Assembly: GCA_013239625.1 (NCBI GenBank)
Contig: MU053645.1
Coordinates: 1,852,274 to 1,916,273 of the forward strand
From: Lama guanicoe
Taxonomy: Eukaryota
Direction of reading: 5' to 3'
Length of the DNA: 64,000 bases
Position numbers and translations under genes: made by a program. Each line of letters opens with the position of its first letter. The first letter of the stretch is position 1. The notes under the pieces are model-generated. The model ran no database searches, was not told where the DNA came from, and saw only the letters and a program-made list of their open reading frames with translations. Of this stretch, positions 12,417 through 25,324 are shown in pieces.

Positions 12417-12433
12417 TGGCAACCACATGGGAC
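12417..12433 (+). promoter_or_regulatory. Primer-binding site, degenerate tRNA-Arg type
   Basis: TGGCAACCACATGGGAC starts 5 nt after the LTR end and resembles the Arg PBS TGGCGACCACGAAGGGAC used by ERV9-like class I ERVs. Confidence 0.65.
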
Positions 12434-12633
12434 CCAGAGCAGACTTCTCTCCTTCACCTGAACTCTACGAGTATCTGGAGCCTTGGTACCAGCAGAGGAC
12501 TCTTGGGCCCATCCGCCTCCTCGGAGAGTCCAGATGAATTTGGGTGAGTCTCTCCTGGTTCTAGGGTCTCCTGTTATTGGTTGATGATCCTAAGTTTTAT
12601 TTGGTGGTGTTAAAACTCCTCTCTGGAGGAGCA

Positions 12634-12870
12634 GGTTATCCTTGAAACTTAGTTTCAAGAAGAGGTACCTGGGTTACCCTCAGTGAAAGCCACTGGGAAG
12701 ATTTTTGCTCAGCTTAGACACTGAGCGGGTTATCCTCAGTAAGAACTACTGGGAAGGCGTTTGCTTAAGTAGGTTATCCTCAGTGATATTACTCAGTTTA
12801 GACACTGAGTGGTTTTATCCTCAGTTGAAAGCTGGGAAGACTTTGCTCAGTTAAAAATATATTGAGTAGG
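12634..12870 (+). repeat. Degenerate tandem repeats in the ERV leader
   Basis: About five copies of GGTTATCCTCAGT with recurring CTGGGAAG..TTTGCTCAG..TAGACACTGAG. Confidence 0.75.
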
Positions 12871-14357
12871 AAAAAAAAAAAACCACTAAATAGGGTTGGA
12901 CTGGGTAATTAGGGGGAAAACTGGCCTGTCATTTTTCCTTGAATTGGCAACCTTAATATTTTGTCAAAATAAAACTGAAATCTTATGAGAGCTGTTCGGC
13001 TCCAAAGATGGGACCCTCCTCCTGGCTGGCAAACGCTTTCTCAGGTGACTGAGAAACTTGCAGGAATGGTGGAGCAAAGACCTCATACCATGCAGCTGTC
13101 CCTGTAGGGAAACCCACTAGCGATTTTATTCTGACAAACCGACCTTAGAATGGGGAATAAAGCTTTCAAAACAAAAGAAAAAGAAATGACAGATTGCCAG
13201 CCTCCAACTAATACCCTAGCCAGGTTTATGTATGTGTAAAATTTACAAGTACTTACCTAATTGGGAATTAGAGAAAATCTTGCCCTGAAAATAACTAAGT
13301 GGAGGCTCTTTTACTGTGTATGCAGTTAAGTTAAAAAAAAAAAAAAGCCAGCCTGATAAAAACATCTTTTCAGAATTCTGACCTTTACAAAAACGAAAGG
13401 CCTTCTAGGAGGAACTTACATTTCTCTCCCTGAGGCTTTGAAATGTAAATATTTTATCTTTCTCTGGGTGTTTGTGTGTATGTGTGTCTGTATGTATTTA
13501 AAAAAAACAAACGTTTTTTTCCAATCCGAAAGGTACAAGTATGGTGTACATATGGCAGCCAAGCAAACAGATTGGGATTCTGAATGATTCTTTGATTGTA
13601 CCAATTCTCAGGCATTTTGCCATCTTAACCATTGTTGCATCAGCCTGGACCATGAAGACCTTTATTTTTTGGGGGGAGTAAACTTTTCAATCTAATTTAG
13701 GCGGCACTCCCCCCCACCCCCCGCCGTGGGAAAGCCTCTTTGTCTTATTGGTTTGCTATATATCTCACTTTAGGCCAAATCATGGATCCTTTAAATTGGA
13801 GAAACTTCTAAATTAGTAAAACTTTAGAGAGCTCTCATTATAAATAGCCGTTTTATTGGTACCTATAAGAATCAATCAATTTTAAAGGTGGAAAAAATAT
13901 ATATCTAATGGTTAAACTAAAAACACCCTTAGTTTAAAACAAGAAAAACCGGTTTGGAAAGACTTATTTGTGTTCTCCCCCTTCCCTCAATGGCTAAGTT
14001 TTAGGGATGCTAATAAAAATATTAAAATGTTAATTAGGTTGAGTAACTGGAAGAAAGACTGTAGAAAAAGTGTAAAGATTTTTTTTTTCTGAACAAGGAA
14101 AAAAAAAATTACAGGACTTATCCCAAATGGATAAACATTTTTCAGACGGTTATTTAAAATGGGATAAATAAAATGGATATTTTGGATTAAACAATGGATT
14201 AAAATACAAGGTTTTGATACTACACTATGAAAGGTTAAAAAGGCCAAAGGGACCCTCCCTACTGGTCCCCAAGTTAAAATTCAAACAACTCTGCTCTATT
14301 TACCCCAGTTTAAAATACATATATTTATAGGGCTGGAAAAAATGTACACTGAGATAC

Positions 14358-15702
14358 TGAAGGAGGATTAATAAAATGGCCGCACTTAGGCTAACAGATT
14401 GCTTATTCTTATGCTTGCCCTTAAAACAGTCAACTGACCCAACTGACCGGTTGCTACTCACAGCTCCAGGCCCGTTGTTAAAATAAAACTATTAATTTTA
14501 CTATTTCTCCTTTAATCCAGTAATTGAAAGTAATAATCATACTTGGTTTCTGAGTTGTTCTCCAGAGAGAAGGTCACAGAACTGTAACCTTGCAAAATGG
14601 CCTGAATTACCAAGAAGACCATGCCTTGGGCACTTATAAGGAAATCGAAAGAGCAACAAACACTAGCCTCTATAGAATTGGTCACCGGGCGACAGACACT
14701 ATGATGCCACTCTGAGTCTTTTTTTTAAAATATATTTTTATTGAAGTACAGTCAGTTTACAATGTTGTATCAATTTCTGGTGTACAGCATAATAGGGTGT
14801 AGAGAAAAGGGAACCCTCCTATACTGCTGGTGGGAATGTAGTTTGTTATGGAAAACAGTATGGAGATTCCTCAAAAAACTAAAAACAGACTTATCATATA
14901 ATCCAGCAATCCCACTTCCGCACATATACCTAGAGAAAACTGTAATTCAAAAAGACACATGCACCCCAATGTTCATAGCAGCATTATTTACAATAGCCAA
15001 GACATGGAAACAACCTAAATGTCCCTTGATAAAGAAGCTGTGGTATATATATATATACACTACTCAGCCATAAAAAATAATAAAATAATGCCATTTGAAG
15101 TAACATGGATGAACCTGGAAAATGTCATTCTAAGTGAAGTAAGCCAGAAAGAGAGAGAAAAATACCACAATATCACTTATATGTGGACTCTAAAAAAAAA
15201 AAAAAAATAAATGAACTTATTTACAAAACAGAAACAGACTCAAAGACATGGAAAACAAACACGGTTACCAAGGGGGAAGGGGGTGGGAAGGGATAAATTG
15301 GGAGTTTGAGATTTGCAGATACTAACTACTATATATAAAATAGATAAACAACAAGTTTCTTCTGTATAGCACAGGGAACTATATTCAATATCTTGTAGTA
15401 ACCTATGGTGAAGAATGAGAACAAATGTATGTAAGTCCCTAAGTGATTGAAGTATTATGCCACTCTGAGTCTTATGAGAAGAAAATAATTCTGCTGACGT
15501 TAGCAATGCTTTATTGTTTAAGCTATGGCTATATAATCACTCCAACCCATCCCCAAGATGAGTTCACAGTTTTGAAGGCACTAGCCTGCTGAGTCTCCTT
15601 TGCCCAGCAAAGCAATAAAGCTGCCTATTTTCTTCTAAGCTCCAAGACACTGTCTCTGAGTTACTTGGCTTGTCAGTAACAGGGACTGACCTTTTGGCAA
15701 CA
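14358..15702 (+). mobile_element. Solo LTR (~590 bp net) nested in the ERV, split by an L1
   Basis: TG..CA termini, 4-bp TSD ATAC (14354-14357 / 15703-15706), TATA-like CTATATAA (~15529) and AATAAA (~15614). Confidence 0.82.
14721..15456 (-). mobile_element. Young LINE-1 3' fragment with twin-priming inversion
   Basis: Perfect 17-bp TSD ATGCCACTCTGAGTCTT (14704-14720 / 15457-15473); poly(T) plus antisense 3' tip (14721-14792), then sense segment (14793-15456). Confidence 0.92.
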
Positions 15703-18700
15703 ATACTTGATCAACAAATGGGCAACAGCTAGACCAATTAATCAGATTTAAAGATTGACACAGGCCTGAGTCCCTTGGCTCAAACTCTTCTCTGGGGATC
15801 CCAGAGCCTTTTATATAAAATTAAATAAAATGGACAGGGAATAAAAGAAAAATGCTTCTAGGACTCCTTCTAAAATCAAAACTAAAATGAAAGGTATAAG
15901 AGTTTATAAAATTGAGATAAAAGTTTATAAAATTGGTATATTTAAATGGACTTTATATAAACTTTTGTTTAGTTATGTTGTGGGATATGTATGTTTCAAT
16001 GGGGAATGCTTCCCATGCTTGGTATTATAAGACTGGGCTCATAAATCTGCCCCTTGGGAAATATTAATTAAACACACTAAAGGAAACCAGTAGGGTTACC
16101 TGAGCTGTACAATATAAAGTAAAACTAAAAACTAATATTCAGGGGCTAATAAAAATAATGATAGAGATTTACTCTAGGCTTAACTTTAACTTAAGAAAGA
16201 GAGCCCTTGTTAATTGCCTTATGCAAGCCTTTGAAGACATGATAAATTAAACCCTAAAGTTTTAAAACATGGAACTCTTTGTTTGGAGGTCTTCTCACTG
16301 ATACAATGAAGCAAATTAAAATGATGCATTTGGACCTGGGTGACAAACCAGTTCTTTGGGGAACTGGAAGCAACTATCTTCATCTTGCAGATCAGAATGT
16401 AGATATGGCAGAGGATGACCTGAGACTGAGCCTAGTTGGCTTAATGAGGTAAAACTTAAGGCCAAAGAAATTTTTGGCATTTTAGAGCTCAAAACTCTGA
16501 CAGGTCCTTTAGACTTTGTCAAGAACAAATACAAATCTTAAAAAGTTTCTTCCATAAATAGTAAGCCTTAGTGATTTGAGCAAGCAAATTTAATTTATTC
16601 CAGCTGTTATTTATAAGCAGTAAATTTATATTGTAATACCTAATTCATAACTAAGTTTTAGAGTAAAGCTATGAGAGCTCAAGTTTTATGTTTATATGTC
16701 TGTGTACACATTATAGATTGAGATGTCTCTATTTTAAAAAATTATCAAAATTAATTTATAAAAGAGTCTATTTAATTGACTTAGAAGTAAGTGCTTACAA
16801 ATTAAATATTTCTAAAATAAAAACTGGCTAAATCGACTTTCAGGTTCACATGAACTGGGAAATATTCAATATTAAGTAAATACCTGGTATTTTTAGTTTG
16901 TTGATCTAATTAATATAGATATGTCTTTAGAGTCATCAATATTAAGTATAATAATTTTACTATACTTAGGTTTAATAAAAGTCAAATAAGATCTTGTTAT
17001 ATCTGTTGCAGATTTGTCAAAAAATAATAGGAATTTGGTGTGATAAAATTCTTATATGTAAATTAAATGCAAATGTGATAAGAGCTTTTGGGTTAACATT
17101 TTAAAAATAATTATATTTTAGGAATGTTTGCTTGAAATAATCTCTGCAAATATTTGGTATCTTAAAATTCTAGACTTGTGCTAAATTAAGTTAAGCGATG
17201 GGAGTTTATTAAATAACTAGGTCATTCCCAAGTAAAGTAAGATATTAAAACATTCATTACTAAACATTGGCTTCCTTTTACAGAGAAGCTAAAGGTATTT
17301 GGGATTATTGATAAATATGTTTGGTGCCACCCTAAGAGATTTTCTACAAGAAAGCACATGCTTTTAGAAATTATTATTGGTATTTACATTTGTCAATCTA
17401 CAAAATGCTAATGAAAAAGAGAGTTCATAATTGCTCATTTCCTAGTTTTCACTGGAAATTAAGGATTTTAAGAGTTAAGTGTTCTAATTTAAATATGTCA
17501 TTAAAGCTACCACAAATAATTTAAAAAACCATTTTGGTATACAGTAGAAAAATAGAGGGGTAAGTTTTCAGCAAAAGAAGGTATAAAAATTAAATTGCAT
17601 TTTGCTACTTAGAGTTGGTAGTTTCTAGATGGGAGAATTAAGGGATAAAATAATATGGATACAGAAAGTGATAAAAGGTTGTGGAGAAGGAATCCTGAGA
17701 AAAGAGTTTTGTGTATGGTCAGGATTGACTAAGTAAATGGATTTTTGTTTAAAAAAAAAGCTGGTACAAGACTGGGTTTTAATTCTCTATGTTAAGAAAA
17801 CAAAGTTTCTTGGAGTGCTACTTTTGATAACAGATTGTGTGAGTGTGCTTTAAGTGATTTGTGTCTGTTTTTGAAAACATTGTCACTTTGGTTGAGGAAA
17901 TAAGTATTGTTTCACAGTGACTTATGATTTTATCTGACCAAGTGTTTTGAAACTTTTTAACAAGCTTCCCAAAATATCAAATTTTGATTAAAGTTCTTTT
18001 GACCTCCAGCTAACTTTGGGATGCTTCAGAGGGCCCCTGAAACATCAAAAGAGAGATATTAAACTACTAGACTTATTTGGCATGTTAAATTACTTTAAAA
18101 AATTGTCAAGTGATTGGGGATAGAGCTTACGTTATATTGTAGAGATAAAAGCCACTAATGTAGTTATTCCAAAATTTGTATAAAATTCCTAAAAATCTAA
18201 TATGACTTGGTATGTTATAATTCTAATTATTATCTTAAAACATTGTCAGTCAGAAATATCCAAGTTGCTTGTCAATTGCATTATAATCAAATCTTTAACC
18301 ATGCAATTTTAAGTCTTGTCATTTAAATAAAGTCATTGTTTTACTCTAATGCTTTTATGAAATGAAGATCTTCATGAAGATTCATAAAAAAGAGACTTTT
18401 AAACAAAAAGTTCCTGATAACTTTTAGATCATACTACTGAACTGGGTAAATTACAAAACTAATGGAAACCTGATGACTTTATCCAGATAAACAGAAATTA
18501 ATTACATGGAACTGAATGAACTGATAAATATGATTTATTACCTTATGATTTTTGAGAAACATATTGGCCTTTACTCTATTTTCCAAAAAACCTTTCCTCT
18601 TATTCTATGACCTATAACAAGTTGATAAAGTATGCCTTTGTAAACAAGGATGAAACATTTATCATTTTCTCTCTATTTGATCCTTCCAGAATTTAACTTC

Positions 18701-19168
18701 CCCAGCTGGCTCCCTTGTGGACTTGATGGTTATTGCAACCAGATTACAAATAGTTATACTAAACATTATTTCAATTTGTTTGTGAATTGTTATACTTTTA
18801 TGACTTTATTGTTACTAACTGTATTACTTATTATATCTTATATGATTGTAACTCGGCCTCTGACAAGATGGCTAAACATCTTGAAAAAAATAGATCACAT
18901 TATAATCCTGCATAGAATAATTGTAATAGTGTGATTCTAGGGCATGAGCTATGAGGGAAAAACATTTCCTGGATCATAACAGACTAGCAAGGTGATCCAG
19001 AGAATTTTTGAGCATCAACAGAGCCTGATCCATAAATTAGCCATTTGATTGGCATGTCAACAGAATCTTCACCCAATCTAGGAATGAGCCTTCCTAGCAC
19101 CGTGAGACAAAATTGGTCGTGATATGTCTCCCAAAATATTGGTCGAATTTAGGACTAAGGGGAAGCAC

Positions 19169-19616
19169 TATGCACGAAAACTAATGCAAGCCATATCAGT
19201 AAACAAAGAATGCTGAAGCCATCAAGTCATCAGCTGCTGCTGCCACCCCCTACAGTGAAGATAAACAGGCAGTCCCTCTGCGGTCTGAAGTGACTCTGAA
19301 TGTGAAAGGACTGGATACTGGCCCTGGAGAGCTAGGTGCTTGTCAAAGGAATGATTTCAATGACCCCAGACATTTGCTCCTTCCCATACATAGAAAAGTG
19401 CTAAATTCTTTAACTTGAGATGTCTGGTTTTCTTTAGTTAACAAGTAATCTTTTAATGTTCCGACTACCTGGTCTTTGTTGTAAAAACTCCTATATATCC
19501 TGGCTCCTCCCCTAACTTTTTGGAGCTGTCCCTCAGAGCAACATGAGAGGCTATAATCCCAGGTTCAAAGGGGTTTGAGTCCTCAGAAATGTCCGCCAAA
19601 TAAAACATAACTCTCA
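19169..19616 (+). mobile_element. ERV 3' LTR lacking U5, followed by A-rich tail
   Basis: Matches the 5' LTR up to AATAAA(19599-19604)ACATAACTCTCA, then AAAAACCAAAACCAAACAAACAGAA replaces the 32-nt U5. Confidence 0.9.
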
Positions 19617-19654
19617 AAAAACCAAAACCAAACAAACAGAAAGAATAGTGCCAA

Positions 19655-20365
19655 GATCAGTCAATGGGGAAAGAACGGTCTTTTCAGAAAATTATGATAG
19701 GACAACTGAGTATCTACATGCAAAGGATGAATTTGGACCCTTAACTCATACGATACACAAAAATTAACTCAAAATGGATCAGTGACCTGAAAATCAGAGC
19801 TAAAACTATAAAACTCTTGGGAAAAAACATAGGTTGTCAATAGTTTCTTAGATATGACATGAAAAGCACAAGCTTCAAAAGAAAAAAATTAATTAGACTT
19901 CATCAAAATTAAAAATGTTTGTGCATCAAAGAACATTAACAAAAAAGTGAAATGACAACTGCAAGTCATGTATTTGATAAAGACCCAGTAACCAGGATAT
20001 ATAAAGAAATTCTACAACTCCCAAACAAATAAGCAAATCCAATTAAAAACAGGCAAAGTACTTAGACATTTCTTCAAGTAAATATACAGTGGCCAGCAAG
20101 TGTACAGGAAGATGATCAACATCAGTAGTCACTGACTAGGAAAATGCAAATGAAAACCACGAGATACCAACTAGGTATCACACCAACTAGGATGCCTTTA
20201 TCAATAATTTTTTTAAATGGAATTTAATAAGTGTTATTGAGAATATGGAGAAATTGGAAACTTTGTACATTGCTGGTGGACATGTAAAATGTTACAGTCA
20301 CTGTGGAAAACAGTTTGGCCATACCTTAGTAAGTTAAACATAGAATTACCATATGGCTCAGCATA
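19655..20365 (+). mobile_element. Older LINE-1 ORF2, right half of the host element
   Basis: Collinear continuation of 9752-10505 after the second TSD copy (19642-19654). Confidence 0.85.
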
Positions 20366-20779
20366 TGACTTTAATATATCTGAGGTATTAAAATTTCCAG
20401 AGGGGTATGGGTGATTGGGAAAAATATTATCTAAGAAGCCTCCTTAGAAGGGCAAGAAATACTAGGTATTATAATTTCAAAATGTCTTTTCAATTACACC
20501 AGTGAATGGTTAAACAATGGTATCTCACAATTTCATGCATTTATTAGCCATTAATATATTTTGGAATGGGTGATATGGCTTTTTAAATTCCTTATACATT
20601 TTTTGGAGGTGGCAGTGTTTATCGATTTATAAGAGCTTTTACATAATATATTAGAGGTATTAATAGTTTGACATATTGTCATATGGACTCTATTTTATGC
20701 AGCCAAATCTCTTAATCTCTTTTCTATTTTCCCCTCTTACTGTCATATGTAGAAAGTCCTTTACCATGCCAAAATTATG

Positions 20780-23420
20780 TGACTTTTTAAATAGACTTCA
20801 TTTTTTAAGAGCAGATTTAGATTCATAGCAAAACTGACCAAAAAGCCCAGAGATTTCCCATATGCCCCTTGCCCCCACACATTATCCTACCCCATTAACA
20901 ACATCCTCCCACAAGAATGGTACATTTGTTATAACTGAGAAACCTACATTGACATACCATTCTCACCCAAAGTCTATACTTTGCATTAAAGTTCACTACT
21001 GGCATACATTATATAGGTTTGGATAAATGTATATTGACATGTATCCACCATTATAATAGCGTACTGAATAGTTTCACTGCCTTAAAAATCCTCTGTGCTC
21101 CACCTATTAATATCTTTCTCTGCTATAACCCATGGCAATCACTGAACTTTTTATTGTCTCCATAATTTTGCCTTTTCCAGAATATCATATAGTTGGAATT
21201 ATGTATTATGAGCCTTTTCAGATTGACTTCTTTCACATAGTAATATGCATTTAAGTTTCCTCCATATCTTTTCATGTCTTGATTACTTCTTTTTAGTAAT
21301 GATAATTTTCCATTGTCTGGATTTACCAAAGTTAATTTATCCATTCACCCAATAAGGACATCTTGGTTGCTTCCAATTTTGGCAATTAGGAATAAAGTTG
21401 CTATAAACAATTTTGTGCAGGTTTTTGTGTGGACACAAGTTTTCACCTGCTTTGGATAAATTCAAAGAATATGATTGCTGGATCATATGATAAGAGTATG
21501 CTTAGTTTTGTAAGAAACTGCCAAACTGCCTTCAAAAGCGTCTATGCCATTTTGCATTTCCTCTAACAATGAGTAAGAGTTCCTGTTCCTCCACATCCTC
21601 ACCAGCATTTGGTTTTGTCAGTGTTCTGGATTTTGATCATTCTAATAGGTGTGTAGTAGAATCTCATGGTTGTTTTAAATTGCATTTCTCTAATGATACA
21701 CAATGTTAAGCATCTTTTCACATGCTTATTTGTCATGTATATCCTCTTTGGTGAGGTGAATGTAAGTGTCCCTGACCCATTTTTTTTTAAATTGGGCTGT
21801 TTACTATCTTATCATTGAGTTTTTAGAGTTATTTGTATATTTTGGATAATAGTCTTTATCAGATATGTCTTTTGCAAATATTTTCAGACAGCTGTGGCTT
21901 GTCTTCTCAGAATTTTAAAATTTCAAAAAACTCCAGCTTATCAACTATTTCTTTCATGGACTGTGCCTTTAGTGTTGTATCTGAAAAATCATCACTAAAC
22001 CCAAGGTCATCTAGATTTTATCTTATGTCAGCTTCTTGGAGTTTTAGTTTTGCATTTTACATTTAGCTCTGTGGTCCATTTTGAGTTAATTTTTGTGAAA
22101 TATGTAAGGTCTGTGTCTGGATTCAGTTTTTTGCTTGTGGATGTCCAGATATTCCAGCACCATTTGTTGAGGACACTAACTTTTCTCCATCCTATTACAT
22201 TTAGTCCTTTGTCAAAGATCACTATATTAACTATATTCATGTTGGTATGTTTCTGGATTTTCTATTCTGTTCCATTTATCTATTTGTCTATTCTTTTGCC
22301 AGTATCACACCATCTTGATTACTAAGCCTTGAAGTCAGGTAATATCAGTCCTCTGACTCTATTCTCCTTCAGTACTGAGTTGGCTATTCTAGGTCTTTTA
22401 CTTCTTCATGTAAACTTTACTATCATATGAATTTTCTGGGATATTGATTGGGATTGCATTGAACCTATAAATCAGGTTGGGAAGAGCTGATATTTTGACA
22501 GTATTGAGTCTTCCTATCCATAGACATGGAGTATTTCTGCATTCATTTAGCTCTTCTTTGAATTCTACTAGAGTTTTGTAGTTTTACTCATACAGATCTT
22601 ATACATGTTATGTTAGATTTATACACAAATGTTTTTCGGTGCTAATGTAAATGGTATTGTGTTTTTAATTTCAAATATCACTTTTTAATTGCTGCTGTTC
22701 AGGAAAACAATGGACTTTTCAATATTAACCTTGTACTCTGCAACTTTGCTTTAATCACTTACTAGTTTCAGGAGTTTTTTTGTTGATTCAGATTTTCTAT
22801 ATAGACAATGATGTCATCTGTGAACAAAGACAGTTTTTTTTTTTACATTTTTTATTGAGTTATAGTCATTTTACAATGTTGTGTCAAATTTCAGTGTAGA
22901 GCACAATTTTTCCGTTATACATGAACATACATGTATTCATTGTCACATTTTTTTTTGCTGTGAGCTACCACAAGATCTTGTATATATTTCCCTGTGCTAT
23001 ACAGTTTTTTGTTCTAAATTTGTATCCCTTTGTAAGAAACTTAAAAGTTTCCTTTTCTTGTTTAATTGCATTAGCAAGGTTGAAAAGCAGTTGTGAGTGG
23101 AAACATCTTTGCCTTGTTCCTGATCTCTGTGGAAAGGTTCAAGTTTCTCACTACTATATATGATGTTAGCTGTAGGCTTTTTTTTACATTTTTAAAAATC
23201 AAATCTAAGGAAGCTCCTCTCTTTTCATAGTTTGAAAGTTTTTATCATGAATGAGTGCTAGATTTTTATCAAATGCTTTTTTTCTGTATCTATTGATATG
23301 ATCATATGATGTTTCTTTTTTAGCCTGTTGCTATGATAGATTATGTTAATTGATTTTTGAATACTGAACCAGGCTTTCATACCTGGGAAAACACCCCACT
23401 TACTCATGGCATGTAACTTT
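20780..23420 (-). mobile_element. Old LINE-1 3'UTR plus ORF2 (L1M-type)
   Basis: Antisense L1 text throughout; ORF 22028-22240(-) contains NKWCWNIWTST..LTYFTKINSKW. Confidence 0.85.
22840..23000 (-). mobile_element. Short young LINE-1 3' tip
   Basis: Reverse complement closely resembles 3830-4000 (same subfamily); flanked by ACAGTTTTTT repeats (~22830 / 23001). Confidence 0.8.
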
Positions 23421-23699
23421 TTGTACAAAGATTATGATTTCCTTTTGTAACAAATGGGGAAAGGGTTTTTTAAAAGTTAATCCATCTAATTGTTCTAGGT
23501 ATATGTTGTAGATGGGGACCCGGCCTTATTTCCTATAAATAGTTAATCTGTTGTCACAGTTTGTCTAGATACCACCTTATCTACTATTTCTGCAGTGAGC
23601 CTGTATTTTCATAACTTCTATACTTAAATTCTTCACCTTATTTCATCTATTAGTAACAATTTTTCTAATTAATGAATTAAAAATATCAGAGCTGGTGAA

Positions 23700-25001
23700 T
23701 TTTTAAAATTTAGGTATAGTCAATTCACAATGTTGTGTTAGTTTCTAGTGTACAGCATAGTGATTCAGTTATATGTTTATATATATTCTTTTTCATATTC
23801 TTTTTCATTATAGGGTATTATAAGATATTGAATATAGTTCCCTGGGCTATACAGTAGGACCTTGTTGTTTATCTATTTTATATAAAGTAGTTTGTATCTG
23901 CAAATATCAAACTCCTAATTTATCCTTCCCCCACCTTTCCCCTTTGGTAACCATAAGTTTGTTTTCTATGCCTGTGAGTCTGTTTCTGTTTTATAATTAA
24001 GTTCATTTGTGTCATTTTTTAAAGACTCCACATGTAAGTGATATCATATGGTATTTATCTTTTTTTTTTGACTTACTTTGCTTAGTGTGGTAATCTCCAG
24101 GTCCACCCATGTTGCTGCAAGTAGCATTTCACTCTTTTTTATGGCTAAGTAGTACTCCACTGTGTATATATACTTCTTTATCCAATCATCTGTCGATGGA
24201 CATTTAGGTTGCTTCTGTGTTTTGACTATTGTAAATACTGCTGCTGTGAACACTGGGGTGCATGTATCTTTTCAAATTAGAGTTTTCTCTAGATATATGC
24301 CCAGGAGTGGAATTGCTGGATCATATGGTAAGTCTATTTTTAGTTTTTTAAGGAAACTCCATACTGTTTTCCATAGTGGCTGCATCAAATTACATTCCCA
24401 TCAACAGTGTAGGAGGGTTCCCTTTTCTCTACACCCTCTCCAACATTTATCATTTGTGGACATTTTAATGATGGCCATTATAACTAGTTTGAGGTGATAC
24501 CTCACTGTAGTTTTGATTTGCATTTCTCTGATAATCAGCAATATTGAGCATCTTTTCATGTGCCTATTGCCCACCTGTATGTCTTCAATGTCTGTTTAGA
24601 TCTTCTGTCCACTTTTTTATTGGGTTGTTATTTTTATGTTATTGAGTTGTATGAGCTGTTTGTATATTCTGGAAATTAAGCCCTTTTCAGTAGCATCACT
24701 TGAAATATTTTCTCCCATTGCATAGGCTGTCTTTTCATTTTGTTTATGGTTTCCTTTGCTGTGCAAAAGCTTATAAGCTTCATTAGGTCCCATTTGTTTA
24801 TTTTTTATTTTATTTCTATTGCCCTGGTAGACTGACCTAGGAAAACTTTGCTACATTTTATGTCAGAGAATGTTTTGCCTATGTTCTCTTCTAGGAGATT
24901 TATGGTGTCTTGTCTTATGTTTAAGTCTTTAAGCAATTTTGAGTTTATTTTTGTGTATGGTGTGAAGGAGGGTTCTAATTTCATTGATTTACATGCAGCT
25001 A
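23700..25001 (-). mobile_element. 5'-truncated LINE-1
   Basis: Antisense 3'UTR and ORF2 end (ORF 24044-24253: [14 protein letters not shown]); TSD AGAGCTGGTGAA (23688-23699 / 25002-25013). Confidence 0.9.
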
Positions 25002-25324
25002 AGAGCTGGTGAACTTCTAAATGGAGTTTTTGCTTTCCTCTGAAGGGATCAGATTTTTGTCCACATATTCCATAATGAAATATTACATGTCAATGCTCTT
25101 GCTAATATGGATTGTTTTTCAATAGGTGGCATACTGTTACCAGTTTGTAAAGACATAAGATGGCTTTCATCAAAACATAAATATGCTCATAGCTACTTTC
25201 ATCAAGAAAATCTTGCTACAAAAATAATGTGTGCTTTGATGAAGTACATTCAAATTTTGGCACAAATTCCTTTTTTTTTTCATTTCAGGCTGGCACTTTA
25301 GGTAGCATCACTGAAGAGTCATAT

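Larger units (their letters stand above)
12413..19168 (+). mobile_element. ERV internal region, non-autonomous/decayed class I type
   Basis: Lies between two LTRs. Splice donor GG|GTGAGT at 12544, repeated leader, gag-like start ATG GGG AAT (MGNKAFKTKEKEMTDCQPP, 13150), long AT-rich non-coding body, polypurine tract AAGGGGAAG (19157-19165). No pol ORF visible. Confidence 0.8.
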
